Source: Lingula anatina
Taxonomy: Eukaryota; Animalia; Brachiopoda
DNA: 64,000 nt
Assembly (NCBI GenBank): GCA_051362555.1
Contig: CM120642.1
Coordinates: 3,968,001 to 4,032,000 of the forward strand
Direction of reading: 5' to 3'
In this document: positions 57,501 through 64,000 of the stretch, in pieces
How positions within the stretch are numbered: position 1 is the stretch's first letter
Layout: each line of letters starts with the position of its first letter
Translations under genes and position numbers: made by a program
Notes under the pieces: generated by a model
Database searches by the model: none
The model's input: the letters and a program-made list of their open reading frames with translations, nothing else
Told to the model about the DNA's origin: nothing

Positions 57501-60500
57501 CAAAGACTATTGTACTAACTTTGGATTGAACTATCTCCAAGGGGATTCTCGCTTGATTGCAAGTAACTTAGGCGACTAAGATGTCTGTCACGCCTGCTGA
57601 AGCTGTTAGGGGTAATTAACTTTTGCTTACCAGCTTTAGTAGGCGTCCGAGACATCTAAGCCTCTTGGGCTGAAAGCAATTTAACGAGGGACCCTGTGGA
57701 GACGGACTGATCCTTTTAGATCGATCTAGGGATGGGAACCAAGTCTTTGTCCAAATTTTGTTATAGTACCAATGTTTAACACCCTGAAAAATGTTATTCT
57801 TCACCTTACATTTCACTTTCCCCCCACAATTAGTATACATAGATCTCTGATATGTAATAATATAAGATTATACATGTTCCTGTCATCCTCAGGTCAACAT
57901 GCTGTACTTGAACAATGACAACACCCTTCATGATGCCAAAGACCTGGATGACTACTCCCTGAACAATGCTGAGATTATCCAGGATTACAAGAAGCTGGCA
58001 AAGAAGAGACACGTAAGGAGGCATTTGATTGATTTACAAATTGCTGATGATATATCTTAAAAAGATGATGCTTGGGTCAGACTAGCCAGTGCAATGTAGC
58101 ACTGTAAAGAGTTGACACAATTTATCCATGGATATTTTCTGGTTTGTCTCCTCTCAAGTTCTGTCAAATAAGAATCTGTTGCACAACAGTATCAGTTCAC
58201 CAAATTTTAGGGATCACTTGTTTTGGTTTCTAAGAAGACATTACTGGCACTTACAGTTTAAAAAATCACCCTGTTATTGTTAATATCAACTCAGATGATC
58301 CCCATTCTTACTGCATTCATTTCGGAAAGTTCTGACAAAAAATTATCTTCATGTTCTTGAAATCAGTAATTTAGAAAAAAATGGTAATAGGTAAAAAGTG
58401 AACTAGCTGTTAGCATAACACATGGTTTAAGTTTAATATCATATGGATATCCTATATTTTCAGAGGTCACCAAAGAACAGTTTCAGCCGTATTCTGCCCA
58501 GTGAGAACACCAACACTACTTACCCAATGAAATCACGCAAACATTCTGGAGGGCGCTTTAGTCCCCAGTTGATTGCCGATGAATGGAAGGTGATTGCCTC
58601 TTTGAAGAATGGAGGTAGGAAAATAATTGATACTGTTTCGAACACACAAAATTTGCTTTGAAATGGAATTGATTGTTAAAAATGTATTACTAATGATTTA
58701 AGTATTTTGTTCCATTTAGTCATAGGCAGTAAATCAATGCATAATTATAAATCCTTTACTAGTTGTAAACTAAATCCTATGACAATTTCTTTTTTGGAGT
58801 GATTAAATTTCTGTATAGAAATGTGGAATGGTATAGATTATAAAATGGATATTACAAAGAGAAAAATCTGCAATAAAATCTACAATACCCCTTCCTTTAT
58901 ATTTATCTGGAAAATTTAATTTTTCATTGTTGACTTATTTTAATTCCAGAGCAAAGTATCATGTGTATTGCAATTCTGGACAGCACTGTTGTCAGCATGT
59001 CCCTGCACCTGCTGTCTCGCGACAATGTCACTCCCGTCGCCACCAATGGAGAGGTGTCTCCCACGCACTCACCCAAGGGCTCAATCTTTGAGAATTCCAA
59101 GTCCCTTACGATGCTGGCTCCTATGAGCTCCCCGCGCTGTGGAGTGGGCACTGCTGTTTTGGATGGGAAGATTATCGCCCTCGGTGAGCACATGTAGAAA
59201 TTAACTACTAAAATAGAAATATTTCAAGGTAACAAAAAGCTTTGCTAAATTGGGTTGGCAAGTGAAGAAATATCAGAGCATTGATGTGATAATTAGTTCT
59301 TGTTAAAGGCCAAAATCAAATGCAGCCTAGCTTAATTTATGTACTAGAAGATACATAGAAGCTTTGACTATATTGAATATATTGAAGAATTGTTGTTTTC
59401 AATCAATCAGCATAGCTTTCCCCATTCAAGATGATTTACCTTTGACACACTACCTCAAACCAATAGGCTCTGAGACTACAATTACATATGTTTCAATGGG
59501 AAGTTTCCACGGTCAGTATAAATTTTCTTCTCATTTTTGAATCCCAGGTGGCTATGATCGTGGCGAGTGTTTGAGGACAGCAGAAATGTACGACATGTCC
59601 ACCAACTCCTGGACTGCCTTGCCATCCATGGGGACCCCTAGGGGGCGCTTTGACGTCTCCCAGATCCAGGGCCGTCTCTACGCCTGTGGGGGATCCAATG
59701 GACACACTGAGCTGAAGTCAGCCGAGTGCTATGATCCCGAGAGTGAGAAATGGACACCCGTTGCTGATATGTTGAAATGCAAATCGAGTGCAGGTGAGAT
59801 TACTATTATTATTATTTTTTTTTTTTAAGTCTGTATTTGTTAAGTCCAGAATGTACAAATATCTGTTACTTGGAAGTTGTAGCATGGTCTTATTTTTATG
59901 GGCAAAATACCCATCTGTTTTTTCAGTCCACACCTAGAATAATGAACAGACAATACATTTCAGGCTTTGATATATTAATAGTAAAACCCTTTTGATTTAA
60001 TGGTCTCATAATGATAACAATGTGTGTGATGTTGCAGGGGTTGCCGTGCTGAATGACAAGCTGTATGTGATTGGTGGATGGAGTGGGCTGCAGGGGGTCA
60101 AGTCATGTGAGGTTTTCGATCCCGAGACCAACAAGTGGTCAACCATAGCGAAACTCAATGTGGGTGAGTATTTTGCTCTCTACTTTGTAAGTTCAATCAA
60201 GACTCTAAAACCTCTAAATCTGACAAGATAGTTTTAAAGCCAGCAAAGACTCATATTAATCAAAAGGATGGTAACAAAGCAGCTGAAGTTAGTTATAATT
60301 GATATATTTTATGAATTATAAAATGGTGACTGATATAATATGGAAAATGTCTTATTTAAAAGGAATATCTTTTGTAAATCCAATGTTCTAAGATATAGAA
60401 ATTGGTGATGAAACTTACCTGTCATTGTCATATATTTCTATTTCTTTCCCAATAGAGATATTCTTAGAGTCTTGTGGAAATCAAATGTACTCTGAAATAG

Positions 60501-61235
60501 AAATCGTAAGACTTTCCCCTGCCTTTGTCTTATATTGCTATTTCTTTCCCATCAAGGGCGTTCCCAGGCAGCCGTCTGTGCCATGAATGGTAAACTGTAT
60601 GCTGTTGGAGGCTGTGATTCCTGGCACTGTCTGAATAGCGTGGAGGTGTACTCTCCCGAGGAGAACAAGTGGACAATGGTGGCGCCACTGAGCATGCCCA
60701 GAAGAGGTGCTGGAACCACTGTCTTCAATGGTAAGTTGAGGTGTTACCAGAACGTACATGTCACCAACCCTAATTATACTAATAATATATTTTGGTGATA
60801 TTCATTTCAGTGCATATCGTCTGTATTTCAATATTGTTTCCATTTCTCCTGATAAATCTTTAGGTAACCTTTAAAATTTGATGTCTGATTTCACATTTGT
60901 GGGTTTTTCCAGGTAAACTCTGCGTGGTAGGCGGCAGTGACGGCTGCTCCCCCTCCCTGGCAACAATGGAGGTTTTTGATCCGGCGACCAACTCCTGGGC
61001 TTTTGGACCCCCCATGAATGTCTGCCGGGCCAATGTTGGCGTGGCTGTGTGCGATAACAAGCTGTACGCCGTGGGGGGATTCAGCGGGAGCACTTTTCTG
61101 GACTCCATCGAGTACTTGGATGGAGACACAAATGAGTGGTCAAGTTATTTACCCATGAAGGAGGCGGCCATGGTGAACGGCACTTTTGAAAAACTGGACA
61201 GTTGTGCTGGTGATGCTGAGAAAAGCGTTTCATAG
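51518..61235 (+). CDS. IVNS1ABP: Influenza virus NS1A-binding protein-like BTB-BACK-Kelch protein; exons 51518-51813, 52100-52224, 56872-57006, 57186-57301, 57893-58012, 58464-58614, 58950-59183, 59548-59793, 60038-60163, 60557-60730, 60913-61235
   Basis: BTB [33 protein letters not shown]..., KVDNYIQ..EFIRLPR, intervening region EWKVIAS...MCIAILD, GGYDRGECLRT, GGSNGH and Kelch repeats. Splice phases are consistent. Confidence 0.92.
57541..57750 (+). repeat. Dispersed ~200-bp fold-back repeat (second, deleted copy at ~27615-27785 on minus)
   Basis: Shared blocks TGTCTGTCACGCCT.CTGAA.CTG, CTGAAAGCAATTTA and TGATCCT.TTAGAT.GATCTAGG.ATGGGAAC..AGTCT. Long internal inverted complementarity. Confidence 0.7.
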
Positions 61236-63931
61236 TACAGCAGCGCACTCTATTGGCGATGATCAGCAAGAGTAGTAATGCCAAAAGAAAATAAAAACTG
61301 GAGTTTCTTCACATTGTGTATATATGATTCAGTAGGATAGAATGGGAGTGGCAGACAGAGACTGCATTGAGCATTGTTACTAACATCACATTAAAAAGGA
61401 AAAGGTTTAGTGACTAAGTCTGGTCCAGGGGTAGACGCCATGACACCTTATCTATATTTGCACCAGAATCCAAGTACTGAGTACTTTTGAGCACTTTATA
61501 TTTATACTAACATGTATTTAGAATGTTGTAGAAAGTTGATTGAATGTCAGACCCGTTCTGTGCATAAAATCAGAGTCATTCCTAAATACAAATTCAGGTT
61601 AAGTGTTTTTTTACAAGTTGGTCTTTAAGTATTGAGGAGGCTACATAATTGAACGCAAATTCCTATGTAAAAGAAGTCCAATTCTATATAAAAACAAACA
61701 CAAGGTTCTATGTCAAAGATCAGTTCCTAATTTATCAAACTGGCTGAAATGTATCCCATTTGAAGTGTCTACAATTTGTAATACTTGCGTCTCAATTTGG
61801 TGCTCTATTCGGCTACCGTCCACCATATTTATTCTTCTCGCCTGTCCTTTTTGACAAAACATTCACAGCATCAATTAGTTAGTAAATAATTCCTTGAATT
61901 TAACAATTAAATTTATTCTTGGATATAGTATGACCAATAATGATATTAGAATGTATTTTTGAATATCTGTCAGAAATTTGTGGGAATGGGAATATATTTT
62001 TTTCCTACGGCAGCTGATCAGTTAATCCCTACTTTCATATACATATATATACACATTTACTTTATTTTCACCATTATCATAAAATCTTTTTCACTTTGGA
62101 TTCAGTCCATAGTTTTTTTAAAGCACTCATTATTAGTTAAGAGAAGCTTTGTTTGAAATTGTTTGCACTTGTGTTATTAGCACTAAAAAAATTTCAGTTA
62201 ACATGATAAAGGGCCACAAGCGGGGTCACTGAAAAAAGACATAATGTTATTCAGTGGTTAATGAAATCATTTTAAATTTGTCACATTGCATTTGAATGAC
62301 CTAGTAGAATTTTAAAGTCTGCAATGGGTAGAAGCATGTTGGAAACCATTGGAATGCAGTTGATTTGAATTATTTCTTAATGTGGGTTGTTCTGCTGAAA
62401 AAATTATTTTATAATCTAGCTGCAGGACAGTAAAATGGGGTTCAAATTTGATAACATATTTGGTTTATTGCTCTTGTTTGTTAGTTTTCAGCAAATTTTG
62501 GTTTGATACCATTTGCTGCCAAGGCCTGTTCACATTTTACATGATCCTTTATGTGGTTATATATCTGAAATTTTGTAACAGAAGACAGATGGAGTTTGCA
62601 GAATTATTGAGATGTATCAATTTTGTACATAATTTATACAGAGTTTAATATTTCCTTGCTGCCTTGTGGTATCGCTTGTTCTCGTATCATACATATTAAA
62701 CAGTAATATGTCCATAATTCATAAGAAGTTAACTGTATTTAATGTACTGACCCTCATTAACAAGATCAGTAAGGGTTTTTTTTCTAATCAGTGCTTTGAT
62801 AAGGCCTCAATTTTACCTTCCATCTTGAATGTGTCAGGGATGGGAATGGAAATTGCTTAAAAAGGGGAAACCATCTCCCTCAGAAGTTGCTGTTTTTGAG
62901 GATGTACAAAATGTAACTTAAAAAGTTTTTAAAGCATTAATAGGAAATAATGCTGCAGAGGAGCTGTCATACCATCTCTGATGCATGTATAAATATCTGA
63001 CATCTTTTCAGATAGAAGTCTGTTAGCACTGAACAATTTTGAAGCCACTGGCAAAATTTTTTCAATACATTGCATTCTGGTTAAATCAATGTTTTGGAAG
63101 GATTTGGGTATTGTACTCATATACTATTAGCTATACCTAAACAAAGCGATCACAGAATTACTTATTTTTCCACATGGTGGTCATATTTCCTTTCAGAAGT
63201 ACATAGATTTATGGATGATTATTTCAATTTGAAAACTCTCAACATATCAAAACTTGCATTCCTTCTAGGCTAGTATTATATATTGGAAAAATAAGAGGGA
63301 TTTTTACATCTTTTGAAAGCTAAAGTCTCTCGTGGCAAGATTGGAAGTTATATGTAATGTAAGGAGGAAAGGTTTTGTGATGCAAGTTGATATATGTGAA
63401 CCTGCATGTCTTGGTAATGTCCAACGTTGTACAGTTCAATAGTTGGAAAAAATCAATCATTTGTCATGCCACATCTGCTTACCTTGGTGACAAATATAAA
63501 TCCAATTTATTGCCCAATTTTATTAAACAAAATATACAACCACAACTTTTTATCCTTTAAGAGTTTATAAAAGGACAGTACATTTAAAAGTGAAATACAG
63601 TAATGAGGTAACAATGCATCCATTAAGCTGTTAAAGTAAGGCTTTAATACTGGTGCTTAATATGGCTACAAAGTAACCAATTGTGCGTGAACTGCTTTGT
63701 AAAAAGTTAAAATATATACTGTGAAACAACTTATTGTATAAAGGCATTGTATGTGTCAATATTAATGTTATTTGGCGATGAATTGCTACATGAACTGTGG
63801 GCATTGTCTACTGACGGGTATTTTCTTATAAAATTTGAAAAACAATTGTAATGGATGTGTCATAACTGAAGTGGACTATTAAGTGGACAATCGTTTTGCT
63901 TGGTAGGGGTGTAAACATTGTAATGTTTATG

Positions 63932-63937
63932 AATAAA
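63932..63937 (+). terminator. Candidate distal poly(A) signal of IVNS1ABP-like 3' UTR
   Basis: AATAAA followed by GT/T-rich sequence ~2.7 kb after the stop codon. Confidence 0.35.
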
Positions 63938-64000
63938 GTGGTTTGTTTTCCCAAGTGAGAATGTTTTGTTTACCTTGAAAGTAAAAATGACAATTTTCAA

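Noticed and set aside
51518-61235. Functional link between the host IVNS1ABP gene (virus-interacting) and the Maverick
   Set aside because: They are 35 kb apart with two unrelated genes between, and nothing in the sequence supports more than coincidence.

Overview
AT-rich animal (probably marine invertebrate) genomic DNA, not prokaryotic. Bases 1-16455 are an integrated Maverick/Polinton (adintovirus-like endogenous virus). Its left end lies outside the window and its right end is ...CTACTACT at 16455. The core genes look intact: chromodomain-tipped integrase, minor and major capsid proteins, basic core protein, adenain protease, PZ/PW-like proteins, packaging ATPase and protein-primed DNA polymerase B. 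The polymerase is split by two GT-AG introns. The element also carries putative host-manipulation genes: a single-BIR protein, a BC-box/BACK-like protein, a GDS-motif hydrolase-like ORF, a frameshifted tandem PC4-like gene, and a spliced type I membrane protein missed by the ORF track. That last gene appears to have two alternative transmembrane/tail ends, one finishing in a PDZ-ligand-like ETEI. The rest of the window is host sequence: TRMT10B-like (+, with a 14-aa coding minisatellite), GEMIN4-like (-) and IVNS1ABP-like (+). Their introns contain HINE-type non-autonomous elements with internal satellite arrays and a G-U-rich fold-back repeat. All identifications come from motif recognition by eye; no searches were run.
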